Shown here piece by piece: positions 8,467 through 16,263 of a stretch of DNA of 42,965 nt. Numbering within the stretch: position 1 is the stretch's first letter; the number at the start of each line of letters is the position of its first letter. The DNA is from a virus. Its lineage: Duplodnaviria > Caudoviricetes. Made by a program: the position numbers and the translations under genes. The DNA lies in the IMG/VR virus record IMGVR_UViG_3300035544_000227, positions 1 to 42,965 of that record; one strand, written 5' to 3'. Below the pieces are notes generated by a model that was not told the origin of the DNA, searched no databases, and saw only the letters and a program-made list of their open reading frames with translations.

Positions 8467-9811
8467 ACGCGCCGTATCGGCCCTGGTGGGCGAGGTCTGG
8501 GCCCTGGAGCCGAACAAGCTGATGGCGGTGGCCGATTTCGCCCAGGCTTTGCTGGAAGGCCGGACCACCAACGGCGAAATGTTCGCCCGGGTAGCCGGCG
8601 AGGCGCAGGGGGAATCCAAGCCGTACTTCGTGCTCGACAACGGTGTGGCCGTCATAGGGGCAGAGGGCGTGGTCGCCCGGCGCCTGAATCTGTTTTCGTC
8701 CATCTCCGGCGGCGTCTCCACCCAGATGCTCGGGAACCACATCCGGCAGGCCGCTGAAGACGGGGCTGTCCGGGGCATCGTCCTGGACATCAACTCCCCG
8801 GGCGGCGGCGTGTTCGGCCTGGGAGAGTTGGCGGGGTTGATCCGCGAGGTGCGCGAAACCAAGCCCGTGATCGGCTTCACTGCCGAGATGATGTGCTCGG
8901 CGGCCTACTGGATCGGCTCCGCGGCCACCGAGATGGTCTGCACCGATGACGCCGAAGTCGGCTCCATCGGCGTGGCCTGCATGCATTTTGACCGGTCCGC
9001 AAAGGATGCCCAGGAAGGCGTCAAGCGGACCATGATCACCCAGGGCAAGTACAAGCGTATTGCCAGCGACGAAAAGCCCCTGTCCGAAGAGGGCCTGGAC
9101 TACCTGCAGGCGCGGGTGGACCACTACTACGCCATGTTCGTCGACGCCGTGTCCGTGAACCGGTCCATTGACGTCGAGGACGTGCTCAAGAATCTGGCCG
9201 ACGGGTCCACCCACATCGGTACCGAGGCCTTGGCCGCCGGGTTCGTTGATCACGTTGGAAATCTGGAGTTCGCCGTTGAGCGTGCTCTGGAGCTTATCGA
9301 AGATATTGATCCCATCAACTCAACCCAGGAGGCAGACATGCCCGGAACCACCCACGACGGTGCCGGAGCCAGCGGTGGCTCCGAATCCCTGGATCTTTCG
9401 GCCCTGACCGCTGAGCAGCTGGCCCAGCACAACCCTGAGCTGGCGGCCGAAATGGCCGCAAGCGGCGTCAACACTGAACGCGGGCGCGTCCTCGAACTGC
9501 TCGCCGCCGGGGGCAGCCCCGAACAGACCATGGCCGCCGTCAAGGACGGCACCCCGTCCAAGGACTTCTACAAGCAGGTCCTGGACGACGAACGCAGCGG
9601 CCGGGCCCAGGCGCTCGATCAGTACGAGCAGAAGATGAAGGGCTCCGCCGGACAGGATGGTCACCAGGTCGAAGAACAGGACGGCGACGAGTTCGACGCC
9701 CTGGTCAAGACCCACATGGACGAGAACCAGTGCTCCAAGGGAGCCGCCATCAAGTCCGTGGCCCGCAAGCACCCCCAGATCCACGCCGCATGGCTGGAAG
9801 CCCAGAACTAG
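8444..9811 (+). CDS. Prohead protease, S49 family, with C-terminal scaffold (lambda C-like)
   Basis: LDINSPGG, MCSAAYWIGS, VGSIGV, GKYK motifs; RBS GGAGG at 8430. Confidence 0.92.
   Translation: MMEKIKAKRAVSALVGEVWALEPNKLMAVADFAQALLEGRTTNGEMFARVAGEAQGESKPYFVLDNGVAVIGAEGVVARRLNLFSSISGGVSTQMLGNHIRQAAEDGAVRGIVLDINSPGGGVFGLGELAGLIREVRETKPVIGFTAEMMCSAAYWIGSAATEMVCTDDAEVGSIGVACMHFDRSAKDAQEGVKRTMITQGKYKRIASDEKPLSEEGLDYLQARVDHYYAMFVDAVSVNRSIDVEDVLKNLADGSTHIGTEALAAGFVDHVGNLEFAVERALELIEDIDPINSTQEADMPGTTHDGAGASGGSESLDLSALTAEQLAQHNPELAAEMAASGVNTERGRVLELLAAGGSPEQTMAAVKDGTPSKDFYKQVLDDERSGRAQALDQYEQKMKGSAGQDGHQVEEQDGDEFDALVKTHMDENQCSKGAAIKSVARKHPQIHAAWLEAQN
9338..9811 (+). CDS. Nested in-frame scaffolding protein (Nu3-like)
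   Basis: Strong internal RBS CAGGAGG upstream of in-frame ATG 9338 (MPGTTHDG); acidic helical C-terminal part. Confidence 0.6.
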   Translation: MPGTTHDGAGASGGSESLDLSALTAEQLAQHNPELAAEMAASGVNTERGRVLELLAAGGSPEQTMAAVKDGTPSKDFYKQVLDDERSGRAQALDQYEQKMKGSAGQDGHQVEEQDGDEFDALVKTHMDENQCSKGAAIKSVARKHPQIHAAWLEAQN

Positions 9812-9820
9812 GAGGGCGTC

Positions 9821-10210
9821 ATGAGCTACAACGATTACGGAATCGGGACCCACACCTGCGGCGAAGACGTCGTGGAGGCCCGCCGCGTCAAGTTGAACTC
9901 CAGCGACCAGGTGGTCTATGCCGATGCCGACGCGCTCGGCATGGGCCTCACCCGCAACTATGCCGAGTCCGGCGATGACGTCGCCGTGGCTTACTACAAC
10001 AAGCCCGGCACGCATCACGCGACCGCCGCCGGCGCCATCACCCTGGCCGCCGACGTGTACGCCGCGGCCGACGGCAAGGTCCAGGCCCTGCCCACCGCCG
10101 CCGGCGACTACATCAAAGTCGGCGTTGCCCTGGAAGCCGCCGCCGAAGACGGCGACGTTATCGAAGTCCTTCCCCTCGATGAGGGCAAGGTCACAACCGT
10201 CACCGAGTAA
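9821..10210 (+). CDS. Head decoration / capsid cement protein (DUF2190-like)
   Basis: AAGAITLAADVYAAADGKV and VGVALEAAAEDGDVIEV; lies between protease and capsid genes. Confidence 0.75.
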   Translation: MSYNDYGIGTHTCGEDVVEARRVKLNSSDQVVYADADALGMGLTRNYAESGDDVAVAYYNKPGTHHATAAGAITLAADVYAAADGKVQALPTAAGDYIKVGVALEAAAEDGDVIEVLPLDEGKVTTVTE

Positions 10211-10222
10211 AGGAGAAACGAT

Positions 10223-11224
10223 ATGATTCCTGCTACCAAAGGCACCGGCGAACGGCTCCGCCCCGATCTGGGCGTGATGGTCCAGGAGACCATGACCAAC
10301 GCTCCGGCCAACGGTTTTATTGCGTCCAGGGTCGCCCCCTACTACCCGGTGGGGGCTCAGGCGTCCGACTTCCCGGTCCTGCCCATGAAGGCTCTGTTCG
10401 CCAACGAGAAGGTCAGCCGCGCCCCGGGTGCAGCCTACCAGCGCAGTGGCGGCGAGTTCGAGGCCGGCTTCTATTCCTGCCGTGAGCGCGGCCATGAGCA
10501 TCCGCTCGATGACCGCTTCAAGGCCATGTACTCCTCGGTCATCGACATGGAGTCCGCCGGGCTGACCATCTGCACCAACATCATCCTGCGCCAGTTCGAG
10601 AAGGACGTGGCCGGGAAGCTGCAGACGTCTGGTAATTTCCTGACCGGCGCGGCCAGCGTTAAATGGGACGTCCCGGCCACCGCCGATCCGAAGAAGGATA
10701 TCGCCGTCGGTCGTGAGGCCATGCGCAAGAAGGGCATCGTGCCCAACAAGCTGATCATCTCCTGGCCGACCTTCGAGAACTTGAAGGCTTGCGCCAAGGT
10801 CGCGGATGCGGTGAACACCCTGTTCCCGGACACCAAAAAGACCGGCACCCTCGGCCTGTCCCATCTCGAAGCGTACCTCGAGATCAGCATCGAGCTGGCC
10901 GGGGCCATGATCGACGGCGCGAACCGTTCCAAGAATGCCAGCCTGACCGATATCTGGTCCGACACCGTGGCCACCCTGGCCTATGTCGCCCCGATGGGGT
11001 CTGACATCCATGAGCCCTCCATCGCCCGCACCTTCCTGTGGAACGAAGGTTCCGACCAGGAGTTCATCGTGGAGGACTACTACGAGAACGGCACCCGGTC
11101 CAAGATCCTGCGCGTGCGGCACGACATCGACGTTCGCCTGCTGAAGTCCTACGCCGACAATGGCGACGTTCTGTCCAACATCTCGAAGAACTGCGGCTAC
11201 GTGATCACCGGCATCAAGTCTTAA
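10223..11224 (+). CDS. Major capsid protein
   Basis: 333 aa, position in head module, RBS AAGGAG, RAPG and W...ADP..DI segments typical of lambda gpE-like capsids. Confidence 0.85.
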   Translation: MIPATKGTGERLRPDLGVMVQETMTNAPANGFIASRVAPYYPVGAQASDFPVLPMKALFANEKVSRAPGAAYQRSGGEFEAGFYSCRERGHEHPLDDRFKAMYSSVIDMESAGLTICTNIILRQFEKDVAGKLQTSGNFLTGAASVKWDVPATADPKKDIAVGREAMRKKGIVPNKLIISWPTFENLKACAKVADAVNTLFPDTKKTGTLGLSHLEAYLEISIELAGAMIDGANRSKNASLTDIWSDTVATLAYVAPMGSDIHEPSIARTFLWNEGSDQEFIVEDYYENGTRSKILRVRHDIDVRLLKSYADNGDVLSNISKNCGYVITGIKS

Positions 11225-11246
11225 GCCATACCTTCCACACCTCCTC

Positions 11247-11314
11247 ACAGGGGCGGCCCGGCGCCGCAACCATGCCGGGCCGCCCTGAACAGGGGCAGGG
11301 CTATCAACAGGGGC
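11247..11314 (+). promoter_or_regulatory. GC-rich hairpin and three ACAGGGGC copies in the holin leader
   Basis: Stem GGCGGCCCGGC/GCCGGGCCGCC; ACAGGGGC at 11247, 11289, 11307; no U-tract. Confidence 0.45.
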
Positions 11315-11319
11315 GACGC

Positions 11320-11787
11320 ATGAACCTTTTTGGCTGGATGGGCGCGATGCTGGATCAAATCACATTCAAGAGCTGCACGGCCTTTTGTCTGGGCGTGCTG
11401 GGGTGGTTGCTCGGAGGGTTCGACCTGCCGTTCAAGGCGTTGGTCGCTCTGTTCCTGGCGGACTACCTGCTCGGGTTCGGCCGCGCCTGCTACCACAAGC
11501 GGATCAGCTTCACGCGGATGCGTCACGGCATCCTCAAATTTCTGCTTTACATCGTGGCCGTGGCGGCAGCCAACATGCTGGACATCGCGTCTAAAGGAGC
11601 CGTCCCTTGGTTCGATGATCCAGCCCGCGATTTCATGGTCTGTTACCTAGCCGTTTGCGAATTTTTGTCCGTGTCCGTCCACCTGGCCGCAGAGGGCGTG
11701 CGCATGCCCGAGTGGCTTGTCTCACGCATCGAGCGGTTTCGGACGGTAGCGGAGACAGCCGAAGCAAGGGAGGTGTTCCGTGATTGA
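11320..11787 (+). CDS. Holin (toxin secretion/phage lysis holin family)
   Basis: LLGGFD...LFLADYLLG, MRHGILKF, CEFLSV..HLA..GV.MP; hydrophobic helices. Confidence 0.8.
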   Translation: MNLFGWMGAMLDQITFKSCTAFCLGVLGWLLGGFDLPFKALVALFLADYLLGFGRACYHKRISFTRMRHGILKFLLYIVAVAAANMLDIASKGAVPWFDDPARDFMVCYLAVCEFLSVSVHLAAEGVRMPEWLVSRIERFRTVAETAEAREVFRD

Positions 11788-12202
11788 GATCAGACTGCAA
11801 CGCGACATTCGCGATGAGCGGGTGACCATGGGGCGGCTGTTCCTGGTGGACGGCGACCGCGAACAAGCATGGCTCTACACCCTCGAAAATCCGTGGCTGA
11901 ACAACCAGCCGAATATTTCGTGCATCCCGGCCGGGCGGTACATCTGCCGCCGCATCATCTCGCCCACCTACGGCGAGACCTTCGAAGTGACCGACGTCCA
12001 TGGCCGGACGCACATCCTGTTCCATTGGGGCAACTACGTGGGCAACACCATGGGCTGCATCCTGCTCGGCACCACGCGCGACCCCGCCGTGCCCGCCGTG
12101 TGGAACAGCCGGACCGCGCACACCGAGTTCATGGACGAGCTGTACGGCGTGGAGCAGTTCCCGATCGAGATCGTCGATGAAGACTACCAGGAGGCCGCGT
12201 AA
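11780..12202 (+). CDS. DUF5675-family protein, putative peptidoglycan peptidase/endolysin
   Basis: TLENPW..N...ISCIPAGRY and ILFHWGN...TMGCILLG; lies between two holin-like genes. Confidence 0.8.
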   Translation: MIEIRLQRDIRDERVTMGRLFLVDGDREQAWLYTLENPWLNNQPNISCIPAGRYICRRIISPTYGETFEVTDVHGRTHILFHWGNYVGNTMGCILLGTTRDPAVPAVWNSRTAHTEFMDELYGVEQFPIEIVDEDYQEAA

Positions 12203-12687
12203 TGCTTGCCGCACTGCTCCCGCTGATTACCGCCGTTCCGTCCATCATCAGGTGCTTCACCGGTGATGAAGCTAAGGACAAGGGCCTTGGCGAGAAGATG
12301 CTGGACGCTGTCGAGACCGTGACCGGGACCCGTGACGCGAATTCCGCCGCCTCGGTCCTGGCCCAGAATCCCGAGCTGGTTCTGCGACTCGAGGCGAAGG
12401 TCGAGGAGGTCAACCTGGCCTACGCCAAGGAACTGACCAAACGGCACGAGGCCGACATGGCGTCGGATTCGTGGATGTCCAAGAACGTCCGGCCCCTGTG
12501 CCTGATGGGCCTGACCATCGCCATCATGGTCGGGGTGTGGATGCCGGACCAGTACGTCAGCGCCGACCGGTTCACGGCCCTGACCGACATGAGCCAGTGG
12601 GTCTACGGCTACTATTTCGTGGGCCGTTCCACCGAAAAAACTGGCGGATTGAGCGGGCTGACCGGCCTGTTCGGCCGCAAGAAATAA
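12202..12687 (+). CDS. 3TM holin-like protein (GTA holin family)
   Basis: RHEADMASDSWMSKNVRP...YGYYFVGRSTEK signature. Confidence 0.75.
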   Translation: MLAALLPLITAVPSIIRCFTGDEAKDKGLGEKMLDAVETVTGTRDANSAASVLAQNPELVLRLEAKVEEVNLAYAKELTKRHEADMASDSWMSKNVRPLCLMGLTIAIMVGVWMPDQYVSADRFTALTDMSQWVYGYYFVGRSTEKTGGLSGLTGLFGRKK

Positions 12688-12701
12688 CGAGGAGTAAGAC
12701 T

Positions 12702-12902
12702 ATGCATCTCGACAAGATCAAGCAGCACGCCGCCGACGCGGCCGACCATGCCGTGAACGAGTTCAAGGAAGAGACGACCAAGGTCTACAAGGATGCCGAG
12801 GACGCCGCCGAAGGGCTGTGGGCCAGGCACAAGGTGACCATCATCGCCTGCGCTGTGGCCGTGGTCTGCATCATCGTGGCCGTTGCGGCCTGGACGAGAT
12901 AG
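12702..12902 (+). CDS. Small C-terminally anchored membrane protein
   Basis: RBS GAGGAG; charged N-terminus and C-terminal TM helix. Confidence 0.65.
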   Translation: MHLDKIKQHAADAADHAVNEFKEETTKVYKDAEDAAEGLWARHKVTIIACAVAVVCIIVAVAAWTR

Positions 12903-12911
12903 GGGCGCATC

Positions 12912-13259
12912 GTGAGCATCTCCACCACCATGGCCCGCATCTTCGCCCGCAGGGGGTCACCCGCGCGGTTCTATCCCGAAAGCGGCGACTGGCCGGTGGA
13001 CTGCACTGTCCGGTACGAGTTCGCCGGGCGGATCGATGTGGACCATGGGGCCCAGGATAACGCCCTGATCAAGGTTTTGTGGACCGAGTTCCCGGCCATG
13101 CCCCAGGGGCGGTTCGTCATTCTGGGAAGCGACGGAGAGCCCGTGGACGGACGGGAATGGAAGGTGCTCGAGCAGCTCGGAAAACTGGACGGCCATCTGG
13201 AAGGAGTCCAGCGCGTGCTCCGCTGCGGTGCGGACCGTACTTTCAAGGTGAAGGGGTAG
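12912..13259 (+). CDS. Putative head-tail joining protein (gpFII-like)
   Basis: Size, beta-rich character and position before the gpZ-like gene. Confidence 0.45.
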   Translation: MSISTTMARIFARRGSPARFYPESGDWPVDCTVRYEFAGRIDVDHGAQDNALIKVLWTEFPAMPQGRFVILGSDGEPVDGREWKVLEQLGKLDGHLEGVQRVLRCGADRTFKVKG

Positions 13260-13263
13260 GGCC

Positions 13264-13938
13264 ATGGCGAAACGGCATCAACTCGTTTCCGTGAACGGCG
13301 CGGCCGAGCTGGAGAAGACCCTGAAACAGCTGCCTGGAAACGGGATGCTCGTGGTCCAGGGCCGGGCCGTGAACAAGACGTTGAAGGGTGCCCGCACCGA
13401 GGCGGTCAAGTTGGTCCGGCAGTCCATCGCTTTGAACGCATCCGATACCCGGAAGTCGTTTTCGGTTATCCGTGCGCGTTACGGACGTAATTCCGGCTAC
13501 AAGTCCGCCGCCGGATTCCTGGACATCAAAGGCAAGCCCTACCCGCTGGCCCGGTACCCGTTCAGGCCCAAGCAGCCGCCGAGCCAAAAGGGCGTCCCGG
13601 TGGCCAGCCGCAAACCCGCCACGGTCCAGGTCCTGAAACGCGGCCATCGCAAGGTCGTGGAACACGGATTCGTGGCCAAGATGCAGTCCGGCCACGTCGG
13701 CGTGTTCATCCGCGATGGCGAGCCGCGCAAGATGTCCAGGGGGCGCTATCAGGACGAGGTCAAGCAGCCCATCCGCGAATTGCACGGCCCGGCTCCGGCT
13801 CCGTATTTTCGTCGCGACATCATGCTCCGGCGACTGGCCAAGCGCGTTCGGCCTCGGCTGCAAAAGAACATGCAGCATGAACTGGACTACTACATCCTGC
13901 AACAGTTCCGGCGGATGGCCGGGAAGGGGAGACGATGA
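13264..13938 (+). CDS. Tail completion protein (gpZ-like)
   Basis: Basic; RAVNKT, GFVAKMQSGHVGVFIR, PIRELHGP motifs. Confidence 0.8.
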   Translation: MAKRHQLVSVNGAAELEKTLKQLPGNGMLVVQGRAVNKTLKGARTEAVKLVRQSIALNASDTRKSFSVIRARYGRNSGYKSAAGFLDIKGKPYPLARYPFRPKQPPSQKGVPVASRKPATVQVLKRGHRKVVEHGFVAKMQSGHVGVFIRDGEPRKMSRGRYQDEVKQPIRELHGPAPAPYFRRDIMLRRLAKRVRPRLQKNMQHELDYYILQQFRRMAGKGRR

Positions 13939-14414
13939 GCCAGAAGGAGTTCACCCGGGCTCGCACGGCGGCCATGGAGGCCCTGCTGGCCGACGTCGAT
14001 ATCCAGGCGTTTGCGGTTGCTCATTTCAGCAAAAGGCTGAACGTGTTCCGCGAACTGGATCCCGAAGACCTGCCGGAAGATCACTACTGTCCGTTCGTGG
14101 CCTTCGGGCCATTCACGCACGGCCAGGCCAAGGGGAATCAACACGCCATCGAGCACGCCATGCCCATGGGCGTCTTCCTGAATAAGTCAGGCGGGTACGA
14201 ATCGGACGGGAACGGCGGGTTCACCCTGCCTTCCTCCGATATTCTGGATGAGCTGGCCGGGATGGTCGAGGCGGTGGTGTCCCCGGCGTTGTTGGAGGCC
14301 GGATTTCCGTTCGACCAAGACGAGGCGGCGGACCCGGACGGCGTGGATTGGTCACGGTATTTCTATTGTTTTTACACCTACCGGGTGCGCACCACCCGGC
14401 GCATCAATCTGTAG
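13935..14414 (+). CDS. Putative tail terminator (gpU-like)
   Basis: Acidic 159 aa between the gpZ-like and tail tube genes; synteny only. Confidence 0.45.
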   Translation: MSQKEFTRARTAAMEALLADVDIQAFAVAHFSKRLNVFRELDPEDLPEDHYCPFVAFGPFTHGQAKGNQHAIEHAMPMGVFLNKSGGYESDGNGGFTLPSSDILDELAGMVEAVVSPALLEAGFPFDQDEAADPDGVDWSRYFYCFYTYRVRTTRRINL

Positions 14415-14423
14415 GAGGCTATC

Positions 14424-15566
14424 ATGCTGACAAGAAAAAAGGTTCTGTTGACCAAGGTCGAAGCGGTTGAGGGCACGGCCGAAACCCTGGATGCGGCCAC
14501 CGATGCGGTGCTCGTCCTGGAAGGCAACACCATCACCCCCGAGGGTGGAGTGGTCGGCAACGCCCGGCTCAATTCCACGCTGTCGCGCGAGCCGGACACC
14601 ATCGGCCAGAAATCCCTGATGATGACCGCGCCCTGCGAGTTCCGGGGAGGCGGCATCAGCGGCAGCGCCGTGGCCGCGCCCGATTTCGACGCCATGCTGC
14701 GCTCCAGCGCCGTGAAGCGGTCGGACATCGAGTACCTGGCCGTGGATTCCGTGACCGGCATCTTCCAGCGCGGCGAGGTCATCACCGGCGGGACGTCCGG
14801 TGCCACCGGAACACTGATCGCCCATGTTGGCGGCGGCCTGCTGCTGGAGCCCCTGACCGACACCTTCGAGTCCGGCGAGACCGTGACCGGCGGCGATTCC
14901 TCGGCCTCGGCATCGACCACGGCCGCGCCCGTGACCGGCTACCAGTACAAGCCCACTTCGGTGGAGGCGGACATGGTTTCCATGACCGCGGCCATGTACC
15001 AGGACGGCCACAAGTTCGTCATGCCCGGGGCCCGGTGCACGTTCAGCCTGAATCTTCCGGTGGGCGAAAAACCGACCATCGAATTCACTATGAGCGGCCG
15101 ATGGGCCGATCCGGTCCAGGAGTCCAATCCCACGCCGACCCTGCTCATGACCGATGCGCCTCTGGTGGTCAACGCGGGTTTGAAGGTCGGCGACTACACC
15201 CCGGTCGGCGTGAACAACATCACCCTGGACATGGCCAACACCGTGACCAAGGCCCAGGACCTGAACGCTCCCGACGGCGTGCGCGCCTACATGGTGACGG
15301 GCCGCCAGCCCGCCGGGACATTCGACCCCGAGGCCGAGTCCCTGTCCAACTACAATCCGTGGCTGGCGTGGATGGACGGCGACCTGGCCGAACTGTCCTT
15401 CTTGCTCGGGACCACGCCCGGCAATCGCATCTACGTGCTCATGCCCAAGATCCAGCGCACCACCGTGGCCTACGGCGACCGCGACGGCACCGTGACCTAC
15501 GACGAATCCTTCGAACTCAAACGCGACGACGCCGGCGACGACGAGCTGCGTTTGGTCTTCTTCTAG
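14424..15566 (+). CDS. Major tail tube protein
   Basis: MLTRKKVLLTKVE N-terminus, GARCTFSL, C-terminal YGDRDG...GDDEL; no sheath gene nearby. Confidence 0.75.
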   Translation: MLTRKKVLLTKVEAVEGTAETLDAATDAVLVLEGNTITPEGGVVGNARLNSTLSREPDTIGQKSLMMTAPCEFRGGGISGSAVAAPDFDAMLRSSAVKRSDIEYLAVDSVTGIFQRGEVITGGTSGATGTLIAHVGGGLLLEPLTDTFESGETVTGGDSSASASTTAAPVTGYQYKPTSVEADMVSMTAAMYQDGHKFVMPGARCTFSLNLPVGEKPTIEFTMSGRWADPVQESNPTPTLLMTDAPLVVNAGLKVGDYTPVGVNNITLDMANTVTKAQDLNAPDGVRAYMVTGRQPAGTFDPEAESLSNYNPWLAWMDGDLAELSFLLGTTPGNRIYVLMPKIQRTTVAYGDRDGTVTYDESFELKRDDAGDDELRLVFF

Positions 15567-15571
15567 GGGGC

Positions 15572-16060
15572 ATGATGAGCGAGGCTAAAACCTACACCTT
15601 CGGCGGCGAGACCTACGAACTGGCCGAGCCGGTCTATGCGGTCATGCGGCGGTTTGTGCAGTTCGCCATGGGACTGGGCCGTCGCGTGGTGGACATCTCG
15701 GACCTGGTCGATGCCTGCGGTGAAGCTCTGCCCGAGTACGCGGCCGGGATGATCGTCCCGGCCGGGACCAGGCCCCAGGATGCGGACGTGCGAGCCATCG
15801 CCAAGGTGCTGCAAGGCGAGCGGTCCACTAAGCTGCGGGAAGTGGTGACCGATTTTTTCGGTCACCCCGACTTTGTCGAGGAACTGATGGCGATAACCCA
15901 GATCGTCACGGACCTGGCGGGGTCGGTCAAAGGCGGCACACCTGGGCCGACGCCGCCCGAAACATCGAGCGCGAAGTCTGTGTCCTCTCCGGCGGAGACA
16001 TCCTCAAGCGGGACCGCATCCTCTGGGGAATCTGCCCCGGAGACGCCGGAGACTACCTAG
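15572..16060 (+). CDS. Tail assembly chaperone (gpG-like)
   Basis: Between tube and tape measure genes; contains slippery T-TTT-TTC at 15853-15859. Confidence 0.75.
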   Translation: MMSEAKTYTFGGETYELAEPVYAVMRRFVQFAMGLGRRVVDISDLVDACGEALPEYAAGMIVPAGTRPQDADVRAIAKVLQGERSTKLREVVTDFFGHPDFVEELMAITQIVTDLAGSVKGGTPGPTPPETSSAKSVSSPAETSSSGTASSGESAPETPETT

Positions 16061-16263
16061 ACTCCCGTGAGCGGGAGATCGTGTTTCAGAAGGCGGTGTT
16101 GAGCGGGCTGTTTGGCATCGACTGGGACAAGCACCAGGCGAAGAAGACCGGCCCCAAGGGGCTGGGCGAAGCGTGCGGCGGCGAGTTCGTGGAAGCGTGC
16201 CGAAAGGAGTTCGGCAACGCCCTGGAGAAAAAGGTCTGCGTTGACTGCAAAGGAGGACGGTAG
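15572..16263 (+). CDS. Frameshifted tail assembly chaperone (gpGT-like), -1 shift at 15853-15859
   Basis: The -1 frame is open from 15856 to TAG 16263, which overlaps the tape-measure GTG. Confidence 0.75.

Noticed and set aside
7120-11269. Long antisense ORFs (586, 368, 649 aa) over head genes
   Set aside because: Mirror frames of strongly codon-biased structural genes; no domain signatures
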